Below, piece after piece: positions 7,597 to 17,027 of a DNA stretch of 29,817 bases (position 1 is its first letter; every line of letters begins with the position of its first letter). This stretch comes from Bacillota bacterium (GTDB lineage: Bacteria; Bacillota; Clostridia; Christensenellales; CAG-138): the NCBI GenBank assembly GCA_023416175.1, contig JAEZIE010000164.1, forward strand, positions 1 through 29,817. The letters are read 5' to 3'. A program made the position numbers and the translations under genes. Below the pieces are notes generated by a model. It had not been told where the DNA came from. It saw nothing but the letters and a program-made list of their open reading frames with translations, and ran no database searches.

Positions 7597-9384
7597 ATGG
7601 CGCGGTTTAACGAAGCGTGGATGGAAACGTTACTGTCCAAGAACGATATTGTTTCCCTTGTTTCCTCCTATGTCACGCTGCGCGCCAAAGGAAAAAAACT
7701 GTGGGGGCTTTGTCCGTTCCACAACGAAAAGACGCCTTCTTTTTCCGTTTCGCCGGACAAGCAGCTTTACTATTGCTTTGGCTGCGGCGCCGGGGGCGGC
7801 ATTGTGCAGTTTGCCATGGAAATGGAACGGCTTCCTTACGCGGAAGCTATTGCATTCCTTGCGCAGCGCGCCAATATGGAGCTTCCGCAGGAAACGGACG
7901 ATGAGGCTCTGAGACAAGAGCGTGCAAAGAGGGAGCGGCTCTACGCCGCCGCTAAAGTTGCTGCGGAATTTTTTCACAAATGCCTTTTGGCGGAAGAAGG
8001 AGCCTATGCACGTGCATATCTTGCACAAAGGGGTTTGGACGCAGCGATCGTCACCCGTTTTGGCTTAGGGTATGCGCCGGATTCCTGGGACCGACTGATG
8101 AAGCACCTTCTTTCAGAGGGCTTTGCGGAAGCGGAGCTCATTGAAGCGGGATTGCTTGTAAAAAACGCCAAAACAGGCCGCGTGTATGACGCTTACCGCA
8201 ACAGGGTAACATTTCCCATCATAGGCACAAACGCGCGTGTTTTAGGGTTTGGAGCGCGTACAATGGGGAATGATACCCCAAAGTACATTAATACGGGCGA
8301 TACGCCTATCTACAGCAAGCGGCATAACCTTTACGCGCTCAATTTGTTAAAGGGTGCAAAGATTGCCGATATTGTACTGGTTGAGGGCTACATGGATGTG
8401 ATCAGCCTCTATGCCGCAGGAGTGACCAATGCGGTGGCGTCGCTTGGCACCTCGCTTACCCAGCAGCAGGCGCGGCTTATGGCGCGGTACGCCCCCACCA
8501 TCTATATCGCTTATGATGGGGACTCTGCAGGCCAGAACGCTACATTGCGCGGCCTTGACATCCTGGTGGCGGAAGGGCTCAAGGTGCGGGTCATCACCAT
8601 GCCCGAAGGGCTTGATCCGGATGATTTTGCGCGCAAGTACGGCAAAGAGGCGTTTGACAAGCTGCGCGATGAAGCGCTTACGCTCAATGCGTTTAAGCTT
8701 TTGCGCATGGCCGCAGGGTATGATCTTTCTACCGAGGACGGCAGAGAGGAATACGCGCTTGCGGGCTGCCGCTTTATCGCATCGCTTGAGCCGGTGGAGC
8801 GCGAACGTTACTATGCGACGCTCGCGCGCAATACGGGGTTTACGGTGGAAGCGCTTCGCGCACAAGGTGAACGCTCCACATTGGAAAAAAACCACGAACC
8901 CGGGCGCTTGCGTACGCAGAACAGGGCGAGAAGCCGCGTGGAGAATTCGCCAAGGCAGTTGGCAGAACTCTCTCTTTTGCGGGCCATGCTTCAAGGGGAG
9001 CCTGCGGTTGCGGCCGTCCAATCCTGCGGGCTGCCGGAGAACGAAGTATTTACCAACGAGGTTTACCGCTTGGTGGCACAAGAGTTGCTTGCGGCCCACG
9101 CGGAAGGAAGCAAGACAGATATCGCGTTGATGCTGAGTGCATTTACGTCTGAGGAAGCGCAACAGGTTTCTGGTGCGCTGGAGATGGAAGCCGCTATGGC
9201 GGACCCGGAAAAACTGGCAAACGACAGCATACTCCGCATCCGGCTTTTGGATGCGGAAGAAGAGATCAAGGAACTGCGGGCGAAATCCACAGGCGAGGCC
9301 ATATCGCTTGAAGAAAAGCTCGCGCTCACTAGACGGATTGCGGAGCTGGATCACATGCGCAGAAAACTGCGCGTGCAGCAATAG
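7597..9384 (+). CDS. dnaG: DNA primase
   Basis: Zinc finger CPFHNEKTPSF...CFGCG; PKYIN; TOPRIM motifs VEGYMDV, YDGDSAG and DPDD. Confidence 0.97.
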   Translation: MARFNEAWMETLLSKNDIVSLVSSYVTLRAKGKKLWGLCPFHNEKTPSFSVSPDKQLYYCFGCGAGGGIVQFAMEMERLPYAEAIAFLAQRANMELPQETDDEALRQERAKRERLYAAAKVAAEFFHKCLLAEEGAYARAYLAQRGLDAAIVTRFGLGYAPDSWDRLMKHLLSEGFAEAELIEAGLLVKNAKTGRVYDAYRNRVTFPIIGTNARVLGFGARTMGNDTPKYINTGDTPIYSKRHNLYALNLLKGAKIADIVLVEGYMDVISLYAAGVTNAVASLGTSLTQQQARLMARYAPTIYIAYDGDSAGQNATLRGLDILVAEGLKVRVITMPEGLDPDDFARKYGKEAFDKLRDEALTLNAFKLLRMAAGYDLSTEDGREEYALAGCRFIASLEPVERERYYATLARNTGFTVEALRAQGERSTLEKNHEPGRLRTQNRARSRVENSPRQLAELSLLRAMLQGEPAVAAVQSCGLPENEVFTNEVYRLVAQELLAAHAEGSKTDIALMLSAFTSEEAQQVSGALEMEAAMADPEKLANDSILRIRLLDAEEEIKELRAKSTGEAISLEEKLALTRRIAELDHMRRKLRVQQ

Positions 9385-9411
9385 AATAAGGGAAGAAGGA
9401 GGGGACATTCT

Positions 9412-10491
9412 TTGGAAAACAAAGAACCCCGCATGAAAAAAATCAACGATCTGTTGGAAAAGGGCAAATCCAAGGGCGTCCTGACGTACAAGGAAATCAT
9501 GGACGCGCTGGAAGAGCAGGAAATGGATCAGGAACAGGTCGAAGGAGTTTATGACCGGATCGAGGCGCTCAACATCGACGTCGTGGAGGATGTGGAGCTT
9601 CCTGCGGATATCAATGAGGAGATCGCATCCATCGAAACCGAGCTTGCGGTATCCGAGGGCCTCAACATTGACGACCCGGTACGCATGTACCTCAAGGAAA
9701 TTGGCAAGGTTCCGCTTTTGACCGCCGCGGAGGAAGTCGAAATCGCCCAGCGCATGGCAGAGGGAGATCAGGACGCGAAGCAGCAGCTTGCGGAGGCGAA
9801 CCTGAGACTGGTGGTTTCCATTGCAAAACGGTATGTCGGGCGCGGCATGCTGTTTCTAGACCTCATTCAAGAAGGCAACCTTGGCTTAATCAAAGCCGTG
9901 GAGAAATTTGATTATCGCAAGGGCTATAAATTCTCCACCTACGCCACCTGGTGGATCAGGCAGGCGATCACAAGGGCCATTGCCGACCAGGCACGTACCA
10001 TCCGTATCCCCGTCCACATGGTGGAAACAATCAACAAGCTTATCCGCGTCAACCGCCAGCTGCTGCAGGAATACGGACGCGACCCAAGGCCCGATGAGAT
10101 TGCAAAGGAAATGGGTATTACGGAGGAAAAGGTACGCGAGATCATCAAAATTGCGCAGGAGCCGGTATCACTAGAAACCCCTATCGGCGAGGAAGAGGAC
10201 AGCCATCTGGGAGACTTTATCCCGGATGACGACGCGCCGGCACCTGCAGAAGTGGTCGCAGGCACTCTATTAAAAGAGCAGCTGATGGACGTATTGGATA
10301 CGCTCACCACCCGCGAAGAAAAGGTACTGCGCCTCCGCTTTGGGCTGGACGACGGCAAGGCAAGGACGCTTGAGGAAGTCGGCCGCGAGTTCGCTGTGAC
10401 CAGGGAACGCATCCGCCAGATTGAAGCAAAGGCATTAAGAAAACTCCGGCACCCCAGCCGCAGCAAAAAGCTGAAGGATTTTCTGGAATAG
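9412..10491 (+). CDS. rpoD: Primary RNA polymerase sigma factor SigA/RpoD
   Basis: [46 protein letters not shown] and RTLEEVG...[11 protein letters not shown] start after an AGGAGG RBS. Confidence 0.98.
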   Translation: MENKEPRMKKINDLLEKGKSKGVLTYKEIMDALEEQEMDQEQVEGVYDRIEALNIDVVEDVELPADINEEIASIETELAVSEGLNIDDPVRMYLKEIGKVPLLTAAEEVEIAQRMAEGDQDAKQQLAEANLRLVVSIAKRYVGRGMLFLDLIQEGNLGLIKAVEKFDYRKGYKFSTYATWWIRQAITRAIADQARTIRIPVHMVETINKLIRVNRQLLQEYGRDPRPDEIAKEMGITEEKVREIIKIAQEPVSLETPIGEEEDSHLGDFIPDDDAPAPAEVVAGTLLKEQLMDVLDTLTTREEKVLRLRFGLDDGKARTLEEVGREFAVTRERIRQIEAKALRKLRHPSRSKKLKDFLE

Positions 10492-10502
10492 ACAGATGGA
10501 AT

Positions 10503-10540
10503 AAAGCTGCACGGGCATTTGCCTGCGCAGCTTTTTTTTT
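10503..10540 (+). terminator. Intrinsic terminator after sigA
   Basis: AAAGCTGCACGGGC-ATTT-GCCTGCGCAGC followed by a T9 run. Confidence 0.85.
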
Positions 10541-10545
10541 CTAGG

Positions 10546-10567
10546 AGAGCCGATAGGCTCTTTTTTT
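10546..10567 (+). terminator. Second, tandem terminator-like hairpin after sigA
   Basis: AGAGCC-GATA-GGCTCT followed by a T-run. Confidence 0.65.
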
Positions 10568-10594
10568 ATTTATTAGGCGTAATACTTTTTATAG

Positions 10595-11797
10595 CTATAT
10601 ATCCAGCGACCAAAATCCCTGCCGACCTTCCGCGTCCACCGTTTGCAGCACGGGCAAACCAAAGCCTCCGTGCATGGACAGCGTGAGCGGAAGCGTAGGC
10701 GTATAGGTGGAAGCGGCGGGGTGAAATATGCCGTTTATCACTTGACCAAGCGCACAATACACGAGCGGGGATGAGTTAGTCTCCTCATATTCATCTACCA
10801 TGCATATAAGACCATCCTCGCGTGCCGTACAGGATGCGGCAACGGTGGCCTGCGGAGCGGATGCAGGGAAGAAGACGTCCAAAGGCTGCGCTGGTTCCAG
10901 CAGATTGACCGGGTTATAAAGCGAAGTCAGCCGTTTGCGCAGTGCGTACAGGGCAAAGGGCGAGCTATCGCACACAAGAAACCTGCGGTGCATCTGGGCT
11001 GCCACTGCCGCCGTGGTACCGCTGCCGGAAAACAGATCGGCCACCATATCACCCGGCCGGGAGGAAACGGCGAGTATGCGTTTTAAGAGCGCTTCCGGCT
11101 TTTGAGTCGCGTAGCCGTTGCGTTCCGGGTCGCGCTGGTGCAGGTGCTCAATATCCGTCCAGACGTCGCTCGGGTACACAAGCGTATCCTCATGGTATTG
11201 GTACAGTTTGCCGCCTGAGCGGATGGAATAAGTGACACGCCCTTTTTCGTCAATACTGCGCTTCATATGGTTGCGCCGTTCCGGTCCGCGGGGGATACCC
11301 GCCTCCTCTATATTAAAATAGCTGTTGCGTGATTTGCGGTAAAATAAGATGGTATCGTGCTTACGGGAAAAGTGGCGGGTGCTGCGCCCGCCGGAGCGAT
11401 ACATCCAGATGATCTCGTTCATGAAGTTCTTTTCGCCAAATATCTCATCCAGCATCAATTTCAGCGGGGCCGCCATACGGTAATCCACATGCAAGTAGAG
11501 GGAGCCCGTTGCGTTTAAAAGGTCCCTGCATCCTGTGAGGATGGGTTTCATGAATTGAAGATACTTTTCCCCGGTCAGCACATCCGAATAGGCCGGCCGC
11601 TCTATGTTTGCGCGCCCGATCTGCATACGAAAAAGGTCCCCGGTGCCAAATGGCGGATCCAGATAGATCAGCTGAACGGCGCCTTGGTGGCTCTTTATAA
11701 GCTGTGCCAATAATTCCTCCGAACGGCCTAAGTGAAACTCCCCCGGTCCGCCGCTTGGGTGCTGCTCGCCGGTTACCTCAATGTTGTTTACCATCAT
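10595..11797 (-). CDS. Site-specific DNA methyltransferase (N6/N4, beta class, Mod-like), orphan in this window
   Basis: Catalytic IYLDPPF precedes the SAM-binding DLFSGSGTT; also NEIIW and YATQKPEALL. Start moved to 11797 (GGAAAGGA RBS) because the longer ORF overlaps gntR. Confidence 0.9.
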   Translation of the reverse strand: MMVNNIEVTGEQHPSGGPGEFHLGRSEELLAQLIKSHQGAVQLIYLDPPFGTGDLFRMQIGRANIERPAYSDVLTGEKYLQFMKPILTGCRDLLNATGSLYLHVDYRMAAPLKLMLDEIFGEKNFMNEIIWMYRSGGRSTRHFSRKHDTILFYRKSRNSYFNIEEAGIPRGPERRNHMKRSIDEKGRVTYSIRSGGKLYQYHEDTLVYPSDVWTDIEHLHQRDPERNGYATQKPEALLKRILAVSSRPGDMVADLFSGSGTTAAVAAQMHRRFLVCDSSPFALYALRKRLTSLYNPVNLLEPAQPLDVFFPASAPQATVAASCTAREDGLICMVDEYEETNSSPLVYCALGQVINGIFHPAASTYTPTLPLTLSMHGGFGLPVLQTVDAEGRQGFWSLDI

Positions 11798-11834
11798 AGC
11801 ACCGTCCTTTCCTGAATCTGTAGCTACTTTCCCC

Positions 11835-11862
11835 AAAAATGAAAATGCGGGCATCGCCCGCA
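11835..11862 (-). terminator. Intrinsic terminator between gntR and the methyltransferase
   Basis: Minus strand TGCGGGC-GAT-GCCCGCA-TTTTCATTTTT, a few nt after the gntR stop. Confidence 0.7.
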
Positions 11863-11868
11863 AATTCC

Positions 11869-12525
11869 TCATTCTCCTGCCGTGTAGGAATGCGCGGCGG
11901 TAAGAATGTGCTGTTCCATACAGAGCTTTGCGCGCTCCGCATCGCGCTCGCAAAGCGCCGCGTAGATCTCCTTATGCTCATCAAGGGATTTTGGCGTGCG
12001 CCCCGGGGACATCAAAGAGCTTTTTCTCGCGTGCTGTGCGTTCTGGTGCAGGGAAACGAGTATGTGCCGAAGCGTACGGGAATTGCTTGCGCTGAATATA
12101 ATCTCATGGAACTCGGATTCAAGGCGCGCAAGGTTTACCGAATCGTTGCGGCGGGTGTAGAGCTCCATCAGCTCTACGAGCTCCCCAAGCTGGTCCAATT
12201 GCTGCTGGCGGATGCGCTGTGCCGCCCAAAACGCCGCTAAGCCCTCTAATTGGAGCCGTATGGTATAAATATCGTTGATATCCTCCTGAGAAATACCCTT
12301 TACAATGACGCCCCGGTTGGGGATGGCTTCTGCGAGATCTTCGAGTTCAAGCTGCTTGAGCGCTTCCCGTATGGGGGTACGGCTTACGCCGAGCTCTTCG
12401 GCGAGCTTTGTTTCCACCAAGTAATCCCCAGACTGGTAACGGCCCTCAATGATGCCGTCACGAATATATTTGAATACCTTTGTGCTAAGCGAAAGGTGAT
12501 CACGCGTATCAAAAATATTAGACAT
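11869..12525 (-). CDS. GntR-family transcriptional regulator with FCD domain
   Basis: wHTH LAEELGVSRTPIREAL...PNRG; FCD motifs FHEII...SNS, EHKEIY and MEQHI. Confidence 0.93.
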   Translation of the reverse strand: MSNIFDTRDHLSLSTKVFKYIRDGIIEGRYQSGDYLVETKLAEELGVSRTPIREALKQLELEDLAEAIPNRGVIVKGISQEDINDIYTIRLQLEGLAAFWAAQRIRQQQLDQLGELVELMELYTRRNDSVNLARLESEFHEIIFSASNSRTLRHILVSLHQNAQHARKSSLMSPGRTPKSLDEHKEIYAALCERDAERAKLCMEQHILTAAHSYTAGE

Positions 12526-12592
12526 TTATGCCTCTCCAAACGACAAAAATGAAAAGCACATACGGCATTGTTAAGATTTGCTTTCCTTATAA

Positions 12593-12621
12593 AGTGTACC
12601 TGATCTTTTCGACAAAAACAA
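12593..12621 (-). promoter_or_regulatory. Putative SigA promoter of gntR containing a perfect Spo0A box
   Basis: Minus strand TTGTTT-N17-TACACT. The spacer carries TGTCGAA (12614-12608) in the context TTTGTCGAAAA. Confidence 0.55.
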
Positions 12622-12677
12622 GGAAAACATGTAAACGCCCTTATATATGGCTGTCGTCTGGTGGTGAGAAAAAACCA

Positions 12678-12706
12678 TTCTGAAACGGTATGCGCATACA
12701 TACACT
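12678..12706 (+). promoter_or_regulatory. SigE-type promoter of the spoIIIA operon
   Basis: -10 CATACACT at 12699-12706 matches CATACAnT; the -35 TTCTGAA 14 nt upstream is weaker. spoIIIA is SigE-dependent in Bacillus and Clostridium. Confidence 0.6.
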
Positions 12707-12722
12707 TTGACCAAAGGGGGAC

Positions 12723-13712
12723 ATGCTGCAAATGGAAAACAAAGCAAGATACATTAAGGAAAACTGGAAGGCTTCACTATTGCCTCTCTTTCCCACAAGG
12801 CTGCAGCAGGAGCTGCAAAAAGTCGACGATACGCTGCCGATTGAGGAAATCCGCATTCGCGCCGGGCAACCGCTCCAGCTTTGCTGCAGCGGCTATGAGC
12901 GTTTGCTGCAGGCCGTGCCCGGCGTTTCGGATTGCGCCGCCATACTCGAACGCGCCTGCGAGCATTCCATATATGCCTGGGAAGAGGAACTCAAAAATGG
13001 CTTTATTACACTGCCCGGCGGCTACCGCATGGGGTTATGCGGAAAAGCGGTATTAAAGCAGGGGCAGACGGTCGCGCAGACTGACATCACTTCGCTCAAT
13101 ATCCGAATTGCTCGCGCCTGTCAGGGCGCTGCGGATGGGGTGATACCGCTTTTGCTGCGGCGGGACGGAACGCCGTACGCTACACTCATTATTTCACCAC
13201 CGGGCTGCGGAAAAACGACGCTATTGCGCGATATTGTCCGCCAACTTTCCGCAGGTCTCAATGGCGCTATCCCGCAGCGCGTCTGTGTTGTAGATGAACG
13301 AATGGAGCTTGCGGGCGCGGTACGCGGGCTGGCGCAACTTGCCTTGGGACCCAGGACGGATGTGCTCTCCGGATTTCCAAAGTCGGAAGGGATACGTCTT
13401 GCTGTTCGGGTGCTTTCCCCGGAGGTCATCGTAACGGATGAATTGGGAACCAAGGCGGAAGCGGACGCCGTACAGGAGGCGGCCTATTGCGGGGTAGTCA
13501 CCATAGCGAGCGCCCATGTCAGGGATATCGCTTCCTTATCCAAGCGGCGGGCGCTGATGGAGCTAATCGAAAGCGGCGTGTTTGAACGCGTGGTGCTTTT
13601 AGGGCGGGAAGAGGGGCGCGTTGGCTGCGTAACGGGAATATGGGACGGCACGCTAAAAGCACTGCCGTTACAGGGGAGGGGAAAGGTATGCTCCATGCAA
13701 TCGCCATGCTGA
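12723..13712 (+). CDS. spoIIIAA: Stage III sporulation protein AA (ATPase)
   Basis: EEIRIRAGQP, GFITLPGGYRMG, Walker A SPPGCGKTT, VDER and TDELG. The start may instead be ATG 12732. Confidence 0.95.
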   Translation: MLQMENKARYIKENWKASLLPLFPTRLQQELQKVDDTLPIEEIRIRAGQPLQLCCSGYERLLQAVPGVSDCAAILERACEHSIYAWEEELKNGFITLPGGYRMGLCGKAVLKQGQTVAQTDITSLNIRIARACQGAADGVIPLLLRRDGTPYATLIISPPGCGKTTLLRDIVRQLSAGLNGAIPQRVCVVDERMELAGAVRGLAQLALGPRTDVLSGFPKSEGIRLAVRVLSPEVIVTDELGTKAEADAVQEAAYCGVVTIASAHVRDIASLSKRRALMELIESGVFERVVLLGREEGRVGCVTGIWDGTLKALPLQGRGKVCSMQSPC

Positions 13713-14203
13713 GCGTGTTTGCGGGCTGTGCCTTTATCGGCATCCGTGCCTCCTCCGCCCTGCGCCTGAGAAAGGATACGTTGCGCTTGCTGGCGGATGC
13801 GCTACATCGGCTTTCCATGTGGATGGAGTACACTGCGCAGCCGCTTCGAACGCTTGCGCGTAAGGCAAAGACGGAAGAAACTGCGGTGTTTTTTGATGCT
13901 TTTGCAAGCTACCTTAAGACCGATGAAGATGTGCCTACAGCCTGGAAGCGGGCGATGGAAGATGCCCGCGCAAAGGATGCTGGGTTTGCATCGCTAAAAG
14001 AAGGGGAGCTTTCCATATTGGAGGAATACGCACAAACCTTGGGCGGTAGCGACCGTGAAACCCAGTCCAAAAACGCGACGCTCGCGCAGCAGCGCCTGGG
14101 AGCGGTACTCAAGGAGGCGGAAAGTATTTACCTAAGCAAAGGACGTATGTACCGATCGGTGGGCATATTGAGTGGGATCGCCGTTGCGATTTTACTGTGG
14201 TAG
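13688..14203 (+). CDS. spoIIIAB: Stage III sporulation protein AB
   Basis: TM at both ends, LGGSD motif, C-terminal KGRMYRSVGILSG, and operon position. Start at the ATG after the GGGAGG RBS. Confidence 0.88.
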   Translation: MLHAIAMLSVFAGCAFIGIRASSALRLRKDTLRLLADALHRLSMWMEYTAQPLRTLARKAKTEETAVFFDAFASYLKTDEDVPTAWKRAMEDARAKDAGFASLKEGELSILEEYAQTLGGSDRETQSKNATLAQQRLGAVLKEAESIYLSKGRMYRSVGILSGIAVAILLW

Positions 14204-14220
14204 CGGAAGAGGGGAATACG

Positions 14221-14418
14221 ATGAGTATCGATATACTGTTTAAAATCGCAGGCGTAGGTATTTTGGTTGCGGTGATTGCTCAGCTTTTAAAACAGAGCGG
14301 GCGGGATGAAATGGCCACGATCGCGGCGATTGTCGGTTTGATCATCGGCTTGTTGATGATGCTGGATATGATTGGCAATCTGTTTGAAAGCGTACGGCAG
14401 GTATTCCAGCTTTACTAG
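14221..14418 (+). CDS. spoIIIAC: Stage III sporulation protein AC
   Basis: MSIDILFKIAGVGILVAV...LKQSGRDE, about 65 aa, in operon position. Confidence 0.93.
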   Translation: MSIDILFKIAGVGILVAVIAQLLKQSGRDEMATIAAIVGLIIGLLMMLDMIGNLFESVRQVFQLY

Positions 14419-14438
14419 TCTTTACGAAGGAGGGACAT

Positions 14439-14837
14439 ATGGCAATATTCAATATCGCCATATTCGCGCTGATTGCGGCATCCGTCATTGTATTGATACG
14501 CGCATACCGGCCGGAAATGGCAATGCAGGTCGGCATTGTGTCGGGGCTGATGCTCCTCATTTATATTGTGCTGCAAACGAGCGGCATATTGGAAAGTATC
14601 ATGGCGATAACCGAGCGGTACGGCATAGATACCGCGTACATCGGTCTGTTGATCAAGATCATCGGTATCGCGTACATTGCACAGTTTGCGGGGGAGATCT
14701 GCAAGGATGCGGGAGAATCGGCACTCGCCTCCAAAGTGGAGCTGGGAGGGCGCGTCATGATACTTGCCGCGGCGCTCCCGGCGGCGCTTTCGCTGCTGGA
14801 TATGGTGGCATCCTTAATTCCGGCTGGTGGCACATGA
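14439..14837 (+). CDS. spoIIIAD: Stage III sporulation protein AD
   Basis: KIIGIAYIAQF...ICKDAGESALASKVELGG. Confidence 0.94.
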   Translation: MAIFNIAIFALIAASVIVLIRAYRPEMAMQVGIVSGLMLLIYIVLQTSGILESIMAITERYGIDTAYIGLLIKIIGIAYIAQFAGEICKDAGESALASKVELGGRVMILAAALPAALSLLDMVASLIPAGGT

Positions 14838-16003
14838 AAAAGCGCGGGGCCATATTGGCCGTAATCATATTGATGCTGTTGTTCTTTCCCGTACAGGCTC
14901 TGGCGCAGCCCACGCAGGAAATCGTGGATGGCGTACAAAGCGCCATCGACAGTGCTGAGATCGGCGGTTGGAATGAAACCTATTCGGCCTTGCCGGAGGA
15001 CATCAAGGCGCTTTGGGGCGGGAAGGATCTGTATACCCTCATCAGTGGCTACGCTTTGGGGGAAGGGGAGTATTTGGGCGCAACCGTGCAGGATACGTTG
15101 ACGCATTTACTCAAAGCCATGCTCCCCGATGTGCTGCCCATGATCATAAGCCTCCTTGCGATCGCCATATTGAGCGGGTTTTTGCGCGCGATGAGCGAGG
15201 CAGGCATGAGCGGGGTGAATGAGGTTGCGGCATTTGTTTGCCAGTGCTTTGCGATTGGCGTGGCGATGGTATCGTTTCTTTCCCTTGCGGATGTCGCGCG
15301 CGATACCATAGAGCGCACATCCACTTTTGTGGAGCTTGCGTTTCCGGCGCTGCTTACGTTGCTGACGGCTGCGGGCGGAATTGCCTCGGCTGGTATATTC
15401 CAACCGGCCATGACCATGCTCTGCAGCGGCGTCTCTGTGGCGTTACAAAATGTGGTGCTCCCCGTCGTCCTCACGGGTGGGGTGCTGGGTATGCTCAACA
15501 ACATTACTGGCAAGGTGCAGCTTGGGCAGTTGTTTAACCTGAGCAAGACCGTGGCAAAATGGATGATCGGCCTGATTTCTACGCTGTATTTCGGCGTAAC
15601 GTCACTGCAGGGATTAACCGCGGCATCCTTCGACGGGGTATCCATACGCACCGCCAAATTTGCGCTCGATAAAATGGTGCCCATTGTGGGCGGCATGGTC
15701 TCGGGCACGGTGGATACGGTGTTGGGCTGCGCGGTGCTGGTTAAGAACGCGGTGGGGGTCACGGCCATATTGATCGCTTTTGGTATTGTAATAGTGCCGC
15801 TTACGCGCATCGTGGTGGGCATGCTTTCCTTCCGGCTGGCTGCGGCGGTCTGCGAACCGATCGCGGACCCGCGCGTTCCCAAAATGCTTGCGTCTCTTGG
15901 GGATGTGCTCACCTATTTGTTTGCGGCCGCGGCTTCCTTAAGCGTCATGTTCATGATTACGGTGGGGCTCATTATGGGAGCGGGCAACGCCGCAATCGGC
16001 TAG
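14834..16003 (+). CDS. spoIIIAE: Stage III sporulation protein AE
   Basis: Signal peptide MKKRGAIL, multiple TMs, and RTAKF...VPIVGG...VKNAVG. The ATG overlaps the spoIIIAD stop (ATGA). Confidence 0.93.
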   Translation: MKKRGAILAVIILMLLFFPVQALAQPTQEIVDGVQSAIDSAEIGGWNETYSALPEDIKALWGGKDLYTLISGYALGEGEYLGATVQDTLTHLLKAMLPDVLPMIISLLAIAILSGFLRAMSEAGMSGVNEVAAFVCQCFAIGVAMVSFLSLADVARDTIERTSTFVELAFPALLTLLTAAGGIASAGIFQPAMTMLCSGVSVALQNVVLPVVLTGGVLGMLNNITGKVQLGQLFNLSKTVAKWMIGLISTLYFGVTSLQGLTAASFDGVSIRTAKFALDKMVPIVGGMVSGTVDTVLGCAVLVKNAVGVTAILIAFGIVIVPLTRIVVGMLSFRLAAAVCEPIADPRVPKMLASLGDVLTYLFAAAASLSVMFMITVGLIMGAGNAAIG

Positions 16004-16012
16004 GAGGGAAAC

Positions 16013-16303
16013 ATGCAGACTATCCTCTACCAAATCACGTTGCTCATTGCCGGTATGGCGGTGGTCACTACATTGCTTGAGGTGCTTATTCCGCAGGGGA
16101 AGCTCAAAAAGACCGTTCTGTTTACGGTAGGGCTTGTATTCTTATTATCCATCGCAGCGCCCATTACAAGGCTTGTGACGTCATCTCCTTCCAATGAGCT
16201 ATTTCAGATGGAAGAAATGCCACAAAGCACGGCAGTACCCGGACCTTCTTATGAGGAACTTCTGCGTAAGTATTATGAGAAAAGCCTGGAACAAGCGGAA
16301 TAA
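16013..16303 (+). CDS. spoIIIAF: Stage III sporulation protein AF, short form
   Basis: Two TMs with LLEVLIPQGKLKK...GLVFLLSIAAPI, positioned between AE and AG. GGAGG RBS. Confidence 0.82.
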   Translation: MQTILYQITLLIAGMAVVTTLLEVLIPQGKLKKTVLFTVGLVFLLSIAAPITRLVTSSPSNELFQMEEMPQSTAVPGPSYEELLRKYYEKSLEQAE

Positions 16304-16369
16304 ACGCTATGGCGATAATCACCAGTCTCACAAAAAATGGCGGACCCGTAGGGAAGAGGAGGAACAGCG

Positions 16370-17005
16370 TTGGATACTAAGAAAAAGCCAAAAGCGGAGA
16401 ATGGCATCATTGCACGCATTGCCGCTGTACTCAAAACAAATAAAAAGCTTGAAATGGCGGCGTACGTCGGTCTTGCGCTGCTGATTGTGCTGTTGTATGT
16501 TTCAACGCTGTTTCCGAAGGAAAAGAATACGCCCTCTTCCGCCGAAACTGCGCAAAACATGCAATATTCTGCCCAATCCGAACTGGAGGTGGAGGAGCGG
16601 TTGGAGGCGGTATTGTCAAGCATCCGTGGCGCGGGCCGCGTGGAAGTGATGATCACCTATGAAACAGGGCCTGAAATCGTGACCGCTATGAATACGGATA
16701 CCAACACCAACCGTTCCGAATCATCGGACAATGAAAAGGAAAGCTCGGTGGAGCAGAAAACGGAATCTCAAAAGCCCGCCACTGTCTCGGGCAGCAATGG
16801 TACGGAGCCTATCGTTATCAAAGAAAAGCAGCCCGCCGTTCGTGGTGTGATCGTTGTGGCGGAAGGGGCGGACAATATTGCAGTGCGCATGGATCTGCAG
16901 CGGGCGGTGCAGACCGTACTCAATGTTCCCTCGGCTAGCATAGAGGTGTTTGCGCTCGAGAATGGTGGGACTGTGCCTTCAAACAAACAATCAAAAAAAG
17001 AATAA
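16370..17005 (+). CDS. spoIIIAG: Stage III sporulation protein AG
   Basis: LSSIRGAGRVEVMIT and PAVRGVIVVAEGA. TTG start after GAGGAGG. Confidence 0.92.
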   Translation: MDTKKKPKAENGIIARIAAVLKTNKKLEMAAYVGLALLIVLLYVSTLFPKEKNTPSSAETAQNMQYSAQSELEVEERLEAVLSSIRGAGRVEVMITYETGPEIVTAMNTDTNTNRSESSDNEKESSVEQKTESQKPATVSGSNGTEPIVIKEKQPAVRGVIVVAEGADNIAVRMDLQRAVQTVLNVPSASIEVFALENGGTVPSNKQSKKE

Positions 17006-17027
17006 GCATATGGAAAGGGGAAGCGGC

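Noticed and set aside
8347..9408. 353-aa antisense ORF over dnaG (reminiscent of B. subtilis antE)
   Set aside because: It is exactly codon-aligned with dnaG on the opposite strand, a typical shadow ORF in GC-rich DNA, and has no recognisable motifs.
10595..11797. Type III restriction-modification system
   Set aside because: No Res or nuclease gene is adjacent; the neighbours are sigA and gntR.
11825..11855. SigF promoter for the methyltransferase
   Set aside because: The minus-strand GGGGAAAGTA fits a SigF -10, but there is no GYATA-like -35 at the right spacing.
11798..11953. 52-aa N-terminal extension of the methyltransferase
   Set aside because: It overlaps gntR and its terminator; a good RBS precedes ATG 11797.
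14372..14833. 154-aa N-terminal extension of SpoIIIAE
   Set aside because: It is an alternate frame over spoIIIAC/AD. The ATGA-coupled start at 14834 gives a normal signal peptide.
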